Part shown: in pieces, positions 40,283 through 51,369 of the stretch
Position numbering within the stretch: the first letter of the stretch is position 1
Layout: every line of letters begins with the position of its first letter
From: Blasia pusilla
Lineage: Eukaryota
Direction of reading: 5' to 3'
Length of the DNA stretch: 64,000 bases
NCBI GenBank assembly: GCA_050084515.1
Contig: CM114271.1
Span: 22,258,001 to 22,322,000 of the forward strand
Made by a program: the position numbers and the translations under genes
Notes under the pieces: model-generated
Database searches by the model: none
The model's input: only the letters and a program-made list of their open reading frames with translations
Told to the model about the DNA's origin: nothing

Positions 40283-40899
40283 TGGTAGAGCAGTCCGAGC
40301 GAGACTCGTAGAGACCAGATAAGTATCTTGACTTCAAGCAAGTCCTTATGCTGTAGGAATGGTCTCAGCAAGGGAGTAGTACCCTCTCAAGCTTGTGTAC
40401 ACTTTGAAGCTTTCTCATTCTTGATGGAGGAGTAAAGAACTCATTTCTTCATTCTGATGTGCGATGCATATGTATGAGAATTCTTATTGGGTTTGCAGAG
40501 TGAAGAGTGAATCAGGAGAACACTTTCATCATTAGAATAATCAACATTGAGTTGTAAGAAATCTGTTCGATAGAGAGTAGCCTGCCTACACGGATTGAGC
40601 TCCAAAAGTAGGAGAAGCCAGCTTCTTGTTGAGGTCTTTGTGAGGCTCTTTGATGTTAAGTGAAGATCTACCTGAGCGTGAATTCAATTCCACTAGAGAG
40701 AATCGAGGAAAGAAATCTTGGTACCAAGGGAGAGAAGAATACATTGACAAGTGATTGAATCCGAATTGTACACACTTAACTACAACTATTGCAAGATAAA
40801 TGCCATCTTGAACTCTATTTTCACATAATCGTGATCCTTTTGGCGATCGAGCTCATTAAATTAATGTAAAAAGAACAATTCTTAAACTTCTTGTACATT

Positions 40900-41460
40900 A
40901 CATCCGCACATGTCCCCTCCTATGGGTCAATCTCAACCCCAACGCTCGATGGCTCGATTACTCTCGCAACACCCCGAGTCACCATCGCAACAGCCTCAAC
41001 TTGAGCCGCTCTACACATAAATCCCATCCTTGTAGAATCCTCATTAGCACATGGTAAGATGTGGAGGCTGGCGCGACACTAGCTACTCTTAGCTTCGTGC
41101 ATGCGTGCAATGGCGTCATCGTCATGGCAACAATCCTCTCCTCCAACTAATCTATGCGCGTAAGGAGCGCTGCATCATGTGCATGTCCTCCATCTACTAT
41201 GACGGGTGATAGCACTCTACCACTACAATCACCCACCAACTCTCTCACCCCCAAGTCATGTGCCTACATCAGGACGTACCTCATGGCAAAGATCATAATA
41301 CGTATCCCTAGTGTGACCATATCGGTGATAATGATCACATTGCCACTATAGTGGGGCCATCCTCTGTGGCTCCTGAGCAATCACAGGTGCCCGTGGCCCT
41401 CTCCCATGATGTGGGCAGTTTCTCTACTTATGTGGCCCATCACACGTTGTCGTATAGTAA
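40900..41460 (-). pseudogene. Gag fragment (two degenerate zinc knuckles) of the minus-strand DNMT-gypsy copy
   Basis: TCDGPHK*RNC and CDHYHRYGHTRDTYY. The reverse complement of 40900-41170 aligns with 42750-43010. Confidence 0.75.
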
Positions 41461-41470
41461 AATCAGCCAG

Positions 41471-42659
41471 TGTGTAAACTCCTTCCTCGTTAAGTGTTAG
41501 ATAGAGTTTTATTAGTATTAAGTAAATTAGCTTAGGAAAAGGAAATTCCCATGTTTAAACCTCTTTATGGTGCCTCTTCTATGCCGGCCCAAATTTATGA
41601 AAAGAGGTAATAAATAAAGGATGACTTTATAAAAGTAAAGTACTGAGGTTGGTGCTTTAATGAAAAGCAAAAGTAGGCTTGGTTGGTGGTTAGGTTAGTT
41701 GAGGTAATTTGGAAAATATCAAGTGGGTAAAAGATGATATTTTGGAAGAGATAAGAGGAAATCTATTTGTGTCAAAATGTGATTGGCTAAGCCTTGAGAG
41801 GAAGCCATGTGGCACAAGATAAGATTAGTTCTATTTCGTACCCTTTTGGGTCTCTTGTGAGTATATAAAAAGGAGGGACCTTCAAGGGTTCATCACCTTT
41901 TATTCCACATCTTGAGTCTCTCGTGTCACTCTTGAGTGTATGGCTTTGGAATTGCTTGCTCTTCCAATGAGAGTGGATCACTTCTCTTGGGAAAGTAACT
42001 TGATCATGCTCTATTTTTTGAAAGATTTCTAGAATGTGGTGTGTGTGGAAATGAGAGGTTTGTCACCTTAGAGGAGTTTAGTCATACTAAAATAGTGAAT
42101 GTTTTGGTTTGTTACTTCCCAATGAGAGTGGATTATCCCTCTTGGGATAATAACTCCGCCAAAACCCATTTTTGAGGAGAGTAGATAATGTTTGTCAAAC
42201 ATGGATAGGGGTGGAGTACGAGTTGTGCCCAAATTTCCTTTCCTTAATCCATATCATGTCAAGATACTTTTTGTAGATAGAAACTGGTTCACTCGTTATT
42301 TAGTTTATCACTTTCGGGAAGCGTTCATGAACGAGGTCATTCAATCTCCAACTCCGGTTATCCTTCCTATCGTCAGATATGGAAGGACATGGGATTATAC
42401 TTTGTATGTCCTTATATAGCGATCCATGGACATCAATATGCTTGCTCAAGTAGGGTTTAACACTAGTTGTGTTATCTTCCTCATGTACAAGGGTAAAATA
42501 GTTTATAAAGATTTTATAGTTAGGAATTTCGGAGTCCGATGTTACGAAAAAGTGATCGCCTCGGCACTTCCATTTGTGATACCTGTCGTGAGAAAATGGA
42601 GAGTATACATAATAATTTTATATTGAAAAAAAATATCTTCTTAGAGAGTTCATTTTGCA
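41471..42659 (+). mobile_element. LTR-like segment of an unrelated element
   Basis: Abrupt AT-rich non-coding block, TG start and CA end, TATA-like gtatataaaa at ~41861. No TSD or partner LTR seen. Confidence 0.35.
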
Positions 42660-44263
42660 TCGACCACGTATGCTGCAATTAGAAGGCATGGTGGTAGAGG
42701 ACCACCACCAACTAGAGAAGATGGAGCATGAGCACCAGAGCCGACACTTCTCTCATACATCGATCAATTGGAGTAGAGGATTGCTGCCATGACGATGATG
42801 CAGCTCAGGAAAGGCACGGAGCCGCGAGCAACTATTGTGGCTCCAACTTCTGCCTCTTACCCTGACCCGGGTGAGGATCTCGCTAGTATGGGGTTTATGT
42901 GTAGCGCAACTCTAGTTGAGGCAGCTGCAGTGGTGACTCATGGTGCTATGAGAGGCATCGAGCCATAGAGAGGTGGAGTTGAGATTGACCCATCGGAGGG
43001 GACCGATGGGCGGCAAGCTAGGGTTCTACAGTCATTCACATTGTCGGAGGCACTACACACACCATCGATGGTGCATTGACGACTAGTGGTGCCTACAACT
43101 CAGGCAAGTACGTCGACGTCACGAGGAGTTGGAGTGACAAATCCTATGTCGGCTTGAGTGGAGTCAATGTCGACCATAGTGTTGGAGGTGGCCACCAGAG
43201 TGAGTCAAACTCCGCTATTTTCCGCCATAGAGTTGGCAACGTTGGGAGTTGGACCAGCTGAGGTGTTCCGGTTGGCCGCCATGTTGTATGAGCATGGAGA
43301 GGTGACTGCTTCTTATTCAGAGGTAGTTGAGGAGATGGTGAACTTGCCCTCGGAACCGGTGCTCATGACGTCCCCCATAGAGTCATGGCATGCGGCGGAG
43401 CAGAAGTTGGTAGATATGCCAACTCGACGGGCCATAGAGGAGCAGTGGTGATACCTAGAGTAGTGTTACTGGATAATCGAGCTAGAGTATTTTGCTTGGT
43501 TAGTCCGACGGGGATAGTATACCACCCGCAGTGCGTCCTACTTGATTTGGAAGCGCAGGCCTTGATGTTAGGGAAGGCGGCGTGTTTAGCGTTGGGGTTA
43601 CGGAAGGCCGACATTGAGACTTGTCCCTTCCAGATAGAGACCTCGATTGGGGGCGTATCACCCACGCAGTATATGACTCGATAGGAGATAGTTGTTAGAG
43701 TCCAGCCAGAGCATGCGACGGATAGTGCTATGGTGCGCACATGTGCGATTACGACACAAGCTAAGTCGTACAATGTGTAGGTGGGGAGTATAGCGTTAAA
43801 TCCCCTAGGATTCATCCTTGACTTTTGGGAGGAGACCGTTGCTTATCGGCCAGGGTGGCGGTCAGGTGACGGGCAGATGAGTCAATTACCTTTGCAGTTT
43901 GCGGGACGAGGTGGTCGATCACGAGACGAGTCTGTGACCACGTTGGCAGCTTTCACAAGTAGTGTTAGCTGGCCATGAGAGTTGTTGGAGGGGAACGCAC
44001 ATGCGGAGGATGTCCCAATAGCGGATAGTCCCACTGAGAGACAGGCCATGGAGGGTGTCTCTTCCCATGTTGGCGAGACCTCTTCACCATTGTGGGGTAC
44101 AACTTGAGAGCTAGAGAGGAGTGCCGACAACCTCGTGACTCATGCGTGGAGTCATGCCTTTATCTCGGAGGAGCGAGAGTCAGGTGGCGATCGGGCTCCT
44201 GGAGTGGAGACATTGACCCCATTGGATACCACACGCGTTGTGTGGCAGTGTCCAGAGGAGGGT

Positions 44264-45190
44264 GTTAGGGTTTTAGATCTCTTCGGAGGGATAAGCACTA
44301 GATTGGTTGCAGTATTGTAGGCGGGCATACGGGTGCATCAGTACCTTTATGTAGAGAGAGATGATACCACACGGCAACTATCATTATGTCACGTAGCAAG
44401 ATTGGTCGAGAGGTATCCTGAGTTGTTGTCAGTATCTGCGAGTACGGGGATATCAACATACACTACTCGCCGACATCTCTTTGGTGGGGACGCAGGATCT
44501 GGATAGAGTTTGCACCATTCATTTGGTGATTGTTGGATGGCCATGTCATGGTCATTCATCAACTGGCCGAGGATTTGGATCGCAGGATCCAAGGCCAAGG
44601 ATGTTTTGGGAGATGCTGCGAGTAGTATGACACTTGCAGAAGACTCAAATACGTTCTCCAACATACATTTTTTAGAACGTGCCGTTGTTGGGAGACACTC
44701 AAGCACGTGTGATGACGAGTGTGCATCAAGTAAGGTCATGGTTACGACCTGTTGTGTTGCTAGATGCAGCGAGAGTTGGATCACGTGCCGATCGTCCATG
44801 ACTGTGGTGAACGAACCTGATAAGATCAGAGGTACTGAGTCTAGCATACGATGGAGTCTAGAGATCACCACATCTCACATTGGATGCTATTTTGGGCTCA
44901 GGGGGTCAATCTCAGGTGGTGATGCGGGATGATAGACAACCGTTGGCGATGGCCAATAGGGTGGGGGAGTTGAGGGCAGCCTTACCTACGTTGGTGATAT
45001 TCCCATCATCCCATGCCTTTTGTCAAGGAGGGCCACGCATGATTTGGGATGAGGTGACCTGAGCATTAGAGGAGCCTACAGTAGATGAGCGCGAGCGCGC
45101 CATGGGGTGTGCTACGGATACTACAGTGGTGCCAGGTATGACTGAAGCATCCCGGAGACAAGTGTTGGGGCAGGCGATGGACCTCAACTG
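44264..45190 (+). pseudogene. DNMT3-like C5 cytosine methyltransferase domain within the gypsy pol
   Basis: Motif I VLDLFGGI, II YLYVE, IV LVIVGWPC, QDPRPRMFWEMLRV, VI (E>*)NVP, VIII LLDAARVGSRADRP*LW*TNL, IX DERERAMG, X RRQVLGQAMDLN. Confidence 0.9.
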
Positions 45191-45599
45191 TCTCACGTCC
45201 ACGAGTTGGACCATTGCCTACACGGTCTATACAGGCATTGGCTAGGGGCGGGACAAGGAGAGATAGGCACCCATGGACTTCCTGGGACGTCGCTCGAGCA
45301 GAGAGTGCGAAGGCAGCCAGAGTAGCACATGTTCATTTTTTGGATGTGGAGCATGGTGTAGGAGGTCAGAGTGGAGTGGCTGTTGCGAAGGTGGCTAGGG
45401 TTGCTACATAGCAACCAAAGCCAGAGATTGCGTCCTCTCCGAGTGAGGTCACAATGGAGACTTAGGAGCCTGTGATAGGTCTCAAGTTGATAGGAGGAGA
45501 GCGACGGCGAGTTCATAGGTTTTTGAGAGGGCATGTCAGTTGTTTTGCCTTCAATATGAGATACTTGGGTAGCTAAAGGGTCTCGGGATACGGATTGAG

Positions 45600-48496
45600 T
45601 TGGCTAGTGATACGCCGATCTTTCGTCGACCCTACATGTGTTCTGATATGGAGCGAGCCTTGATTCAGAGCAAGAGTCAGGACTTGTGGAGTTATCCCAT
45701 GGGGAGTATGCATCTGCCACAATCATGTTGGCGAAGAAGGACATGTATGGCAATTGGACGGATAAGCGGATGTGTGGAGATTACCGTCCTATCAACCGAC
45801 ATACGAGGTCAAATCGGTACACCATGTCTACTCTTGAGGAGATCTTTGATGTGGTAGAGCATGCAAAGATCTTCGATACTTTAGATCTCTTTGCCAGCTA
45901 TCATCAACTTCCTATCAGGTTGGAGGACAGGGAGAAGACGGTATTATGGGGGATAGATTGGTTTGGGAGATATTGCTTGTATGAGTGACGGTTCTTATCA
46001 TTTGGGTTGAAGAACGCGCATGCAGAGTGTCAACGAGTGATGGATAGGATTCTGGCTGGCTTGGAATTTGTATGATGTAACATAGATGATATTCTTATCT
46101 TTAGTTCCACGGTTGAGGAGCATGAGCGACACCTGGAGGAGGTATTTCGGCATTGCAGTTACATGGACTGAAGTTACATCCAGGCAAGTGAAGATTCTTT
46201 CAGGAGCAGATTGAGTACTTGGGACACACCATAAATCTGAGTGGGTTAAGCATTCAGTAGACAAAGGTGGAGGCTATTGCGTAGATTCCACGCCCTACAG
46301 ATGTGAGTCAAGTCCGATCATTTCTTGGACTGGTAAACTTCTATCGACGGTATGTCAAGGGTTTTAGTGCGATCGCAAAGTCTTTCACCTTGTTGACGAG
46401 ACTTTATCAGGTTTGGTTGTGGGGAGATGATCAGGAGCGAGCATTCAAGGAGCTCAAGGACACATTGACGTCCTCATCCATTTTACAGAGACTGGTTAGG
46501 GGTCGCCCATTCCGGTTACATACGGGTTGGAGCATGTTGGTTCTAAGAGCATTGCTTACTCAGAGGGATAATGAGGAGAGGGAGTTTGTTATGGCTGACG
46601 CGAGCTGATAGAACAACATTTCAGAGGAAAATTATAACTCTTACGAGGGAGAGTGCTTGGCTGCAATGTGGGCCGTGGCACATTTCAGGTGCTATTTATT
46701 CGGCAACCCTTTCACACTTATCACTGATCATCAGCCGTTGAGGTGGTTGATGGAGTTCGACAAGCTTACGGGAAAGCTTTCCCGATGGGCTCTATTACTA
46801 CAGGAGTATGAGTTTGAGATGGTTCACAGGCCAGGTCGGCTGAACCATGATGCGGATGGTTTGAGTCGTAACCCATGTCCGAGTCAGAGAGACGACATAG
46901 GAGCTCGATGGCACGGAGAGAGTAATGAGGAGATGGTGCCCGGTTGGCATGCATCTACCTATCTTTGTTGGTTGACTATGGTAGTTCAATCATAGGTGAT
47001 GACTCTAGTAGTGGGATTGGATGATGAGTCTTTGGATCCGGAGGTCAGTGAGGAGGCGACAAGTGGTCGTGATATCCATGACGACGTGGAGGTTGTGGAG
47101 TTCTTGCGCAGTGACATCATAGCGAGCACAATGAGTGTTAGGGAGCGGGATCGGATCCTACAGAGAGCCAGGAGGTTCATGTGGGAGGGGACTCACATTT
47201 TGCAAGTATGGGGAGATGGTAGGATGCGAGTGGTACCTCATCCTTCCTAGCGAGCAGGTGTAATGTGACATGCCCATGAGGAGTTGGGACATTTTGGAGT
47301 GAAGCGTACTTACAACTTACTCTAGATTCAGTATTGGTGGCGTGACATGCATATTGGGGTACAGCAAAGTATGTGACAAAGTACGAGCATCCTTCAATGC
47401 TCCCACTCCGTAGTTACATCCTTTGCCGATTATGGGTTTATGTTATCGGTGGATTTTAGACTTTGCGGTACCTTTGCCATTGACGGGACGTCATCACAAG
47501 TACTTGTTGGTCATGGTGGAGCATTTATCCAAGTGGATAGAGTTGGTGGCACTACCGGACAAGGTGAGCAAGGAAACAACTTATGCATTTCTAGATCGTG
47601 TGCTTAGTCACTTTGGTGCACCAGCGGAGGTGTTGACTGACCAAGGTCCCGAGTTAAGGGGAGAGTTTTAGACCTTGTGTGATCAGGCGTTGATAGATCA
47701 CCGCACCACGTCCATAGATCATCTTGAGGCGGATGGGTTGGTGGAGAGAGTAGTACATACGGTGAAGAGAGGATTGCGCAAGTATGGCTTCCAACGGGGA
47801 CAGTTCAGGGAGTGGGACCTACACTTGTCATTGTTGGCTATGGGTTGTCGCTTTAGTCGGTACGCATCCTTGGCATCATTTTCACTGTAATTTTTGCTCT
47901 TTGGGAGAGAGCCAGATTTACCTTCAGCTATTCGACGTAACGTGGCGGAGGTGTTAAATCTTGATGATCCAGATGTGTGGGTACAAGCGTGTTCTTAAAG
48001 GGCAAAGATTTTTTGTAGAGTTATGCCTATGGCCTTTGGGAACTTAGCTATTGCTCAGCATAAAGATACATTGAGGTACGCGACCATTCGTGGAGGAGGT
48101 TATCGCCCAAGGATTAAGAGGTTTCATCCTGGAGATTACGTGTATTTACAGCAAGCGGCACCCACGACGCTACATGTCACTGTAGGGCGCACAATCCTAC
48201 ATGTGCGCGAGATATTATCGACTAGAGTTATCATGTTGGAGAGACGGGATGGTATGGTCTAGAAGGATCATGTGCGCAATTGTGCGCCATGCCATCTTCT
48301 GAACGTAGACGGGACAGTGGATCCGAGCTTGGCAGTGGTACTTGCAGGCTTGAGGTGTATGTTGTGCGGATCTGCGAGGGGTGCAGCCACCATGTTGGTA
48401 TGTGATGGTTGTTCTCGAGGGTGGCATATGTCATGTCTAACCTCCCCTCTTGATGTAGTTTCCATGGGACGATGGATGTGTCCGAGATATGCATAG
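45600..48496 (+). pseudogene. Gypsy RT - RNase H - integrase - PHD finger (degenerate)
   Basis: PIFRRPY, KRMCGDYRPIN, (Y>N)IDD, VRSFLGLVNFYRRYV, LITDHQPL, LTDQGPE, ADGLVERVV; PHD CMLC...CDGC...WH..C...WMCP. Confidence 0.92.
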
Positions 48497-48575
48497 GGTC
48501 ATAGGTCATGTTAGAGAGATGTGATATTTTCTATCTGGAGTTGGGGGAAATCCAACTGCCAGCTAGGGGGCCGGT

Positions 48576-49331
48576 TGTGTGATCTCCATGTACGTGTATG
48601 AATTTATTTCTGTACATGTGTGGATCTACTTGTGTTTGGGGAAGACTGGTGTTGTGTGGTGTAAATCTGACCAGGGATATATATTTTGTAGCGATATGTA
48701 TGTGCACGACAGTTGTCACATCTCAGTAGCCGATAGGCCGAGATCTATCGTGGATAGGGCGTAGGAGCTAGCGGACTATCTTGAGTGTAACTTTGTCCCA
48801 TAGTGTTGGACGAGGTTGATGATAGGTCCATTGTGTTAGGAACGTCATTTCTGATAACTTTCCTGTTGAGGTCTTTCACAACCGAGTGACTTGTTGACCA
48901 GGTCATCCGCACTTGGTAACCTGTGCGCGTAGGTTACCAAGGATTTGGCTATTTTTAGGGGAAGAGCCTTTTGGCTCTTCCCAACCCTATATAAGAGAGG
49001 AAGATGGCTTTCCTAAGCACTCTTTCTCGTGTTGGGTCGTTGGAGCACCTCTCTTGTATGTGTGTGACATAGGACTATGGTGCTGGCATCCGGATTCCTT
49101 AATAGCACAGGGTGGACGAGGCTCGATATGCCAATGGAGATTGAGGAGTGGAGTTTTAGGCCCGGTGTGTCATTTTTTACTACTCTTTATTTTATTGTGT
49201 GATCTCCATGTACATGTATGAGTTGATTTTTGTACATGTGTGGATCTACCCGTGTGTGGGAAAGATCGATGTTATGTTGTGTAGATGTGACCAACGATGT
49301 ATGTTGTGTAGCGATATATATGCGCACGACA
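48576..49331 (+). repeat. 3' terminal B-A-B repeat block of the + strand DNMT-gypsy copy
   Basis: B1 48576-48711 and B2 49196-49331 (136 bp each, TG...CA) flank A 48714-~49190. Purine tract AGGGGG at ~48565-48570. Confidence 0.88.
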
Positions 49332-49502
49332 TCTGCACCAAAGAAATCTGAGAAAAATGGATAGCGCTTCCGTGCACGACCTCTCAAACTAAAAAAACGA
49401 AAAATACAAACGCCAACCAGTGTCTCCAAGGGCTCCCGACTGAGGCAACTCACTTGCCTACCTGCAAATAACGAATTCTCTGCCCCCTCGCATCTTTCTC
49501 AT

Positions 49503-49992
49503 GTAAAATCAAGAGTAGTAAAAATAGCTCACCCGACCTAAAACTCCACTCATGAATCTACATCGGCATATCAAACCACATCCATCCTCTGCTATGAGGG
49601 AATCCGAACGCTATTACCCTAACTCCTACACATCCACACACGTCTATGCAAGAGAGGCGCTCCTAAGGCTCAACATGAGAAAGATGGCTTGAGAAAGCCA
49701 TCTCTCTAACTCTTATACCCTTGGGAAGAGCCAAAAAGCTCTTCCCCCCAAAACAGCCCTCCCAACGGTAACCCACCTGCATATATTACCGGATGATTGT
49801 TGACTCGGTCAAGGGGTCACATGACGGACTAAAACCAAAATAGGGAAATCGCCACAAACGACGTCCCTGATGCAATAGAGTTCTCGCCAACCTCATCCGA
49901 CATCTCGGGACAAAGTTACACCCAAAAAGCCTGCTGACTCACTATGTCGTCGACGCGATAGAAATTTACCTACGTCAAAATAAGATGTGACA
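49503..49992 (-). repeat. 5' terminal repeat A of the minus-strand DNMT-gypsy copy (no B attached)
   Basis: High similarity to 26655-27130; followed on the minus strand by unique leader sequence, not by B. Confidence 0.85.
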
Positions 49993-50909
49993 ACAACTAA
50001 GGTGCAATCTGATGCCACTAGTGATGGAAATGAGAGCAAACCAAAGTCAGGTGGCATGAGGAAGAAAACAAGAGTACTTACTAAATCCCCAATTCTATGC
50101 TTTCCTTGCAATATAAATGATATTTCAGATGTTATTGTGAGCAGATTTTCAACATGGATGATGTCAAGTTCAAAAGGATATTACCACTTAATGGTTGGTC
50201 TTACAAAAAGTTACAATGTTTGTGACTTCACAATTTTGGACTTTATCCAATTTTTTATGAATGATAACGAAGATACTTATTCTTTTGTTTTCATATCAGT
50301 TGTAGGTTGGAGACAAGGTTGAATTCACTGAATTGAGGAATACTTTACATGTTATTGGCTATGGAGTGGTTAGTGGCCTTCAACGTAAAGATCGGTTATA
50401 TGGGTAGGAAATCCCAATAAGGGCACTCTCTTGTTGCTTGATTGAGGCCGTTGAGCCTAACTTAAAATTATGGCAAGCGAATAAGGACGATGAACCGCCA
50501 CTATATGTTTTGGGTGATGTTGTACGATTAGTTGTACTTTGGCCTAAAAAAAAAACTGAAAGAAAAGAGTACACTGATCTACTTCTATTAGATTTGGTGA
50601 TTAGATTTTTACTTTATGTTTCTATTGAACACTTTTCTTGTACCTACGAGGGAATTTAAACGTTGTTTCTACTTCAATATTCACATAATCCAAAAGAGAA
50701 GTCATGAAAAAGGCCATCTGACAATCAATTCTATTTTGTCTTCTCCTCCGAGGTATAAATTCCATGTTCTTGGTTCTTTACATTTCATATTTCTAATTAA
50801 GTAGGCATACAATTATTGGCTTCTTTTCATTTCTTACAATACATTCATATACTAGCTAGTGGTACCTTAAAAAACTGCAAACCATCAAATATACCCAATC
50901 CAACTTAGA

Positions 50910-51369
50910 TATATGACTACATGACTAATTGAAAAGACTGAATGAATGACGCAATGAGTCATCTCATGACTCCATGCATAATTGAAGTTGACTTTGGGAG
51001 TAATGAAATGACTCTATGAGTCACACATACATATCACTTTAAGTCATTATGTGTTTGTGATAATCTATTGAACATTTAACTCTTTTGTCTTATTATCTAT
51101 TCCGTAAAAGCGACGTGGTATTCCACATTGGATTGATGATGTGTAACACACGTGTCAATTTTATCCTTTTATCCACGTCATTTACTACGTATACTCACTC
51201 ACAAGTCATACATAAATGACTTGGTTAAATTAAATGACAATAGTTATGACAAAAATGACTTCTCTTTTAAGAGTGGTTGAATCATAAGTCATATTTAGTC
51301 GTGGTTTGTAAAATACGAATCTATGGAGTCATATTTTAAAGTCATGAAAGTGATCTTATTCTTCTAGTG
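50910..51369. mobile_element. Probable CACTA-type terminal fragment with subterminal ATGACT/AGTCAT repeats
   Basis: Many short direct and inverted atgact motifs ending at ttcttctagtg (reverse complement CACTAGAAG). The other end was not found. Confidence 0.35.

Larger units (their letters stand above)
29290..40330 (+). mobile_element. Mutator-like (MULE) DNA transposon with a divergent accessory gene and internal palindrome arrays; right end truncated, boundaries approximate
   Basis: MULE-type transposase on +, ParB/MTase-like gene on -, and one palindrome family throughout the non-coding parts. No TIR pair or TSD identified. Confidence 0.7.
42680..49331 (+). mobile_element. 5'-truncated Ty3/gypsy retroelement encoding PR - DNMT3-like C5-MTase - RT - RNase H - integrase - PHD, ending in a B-A-B repeat block
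   Basis: Domain order read from the translation; many premature stops; ends ...GCGCACGACA at 49331. Confidence 0.9.
26513..49992 (-). mobile_element. Ty3/gypsy-type retroelement (DNMT-gypsy family), internally deleted, split into three pieces (49992-49332, ~41460-40900, ~28470-26513) by nested insertions
   Basis: Terminal repeat A at 49503-49992 (starts TGTCACATC on minus) matches repeat A at 26655-27130. ACAA flanks both ends (26509-26512 and 49993-49996), a 4-bp TSD. The internal pieces are colinear with the + strand copy at 42.7-44.3 kb. Confidence 0.75.

Noticed and set aside
40350-40830. Possible LTR fragment truncating the transposase
   Set aside because: No partner LTR, PBS or TSD to support a call.
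44389-44932. 140-160 aa ORFs listed over the DNMT region
   Set aside because: Alternative-frame or antisense shadows; the meaningful frame is the stop-interrupted MTase.
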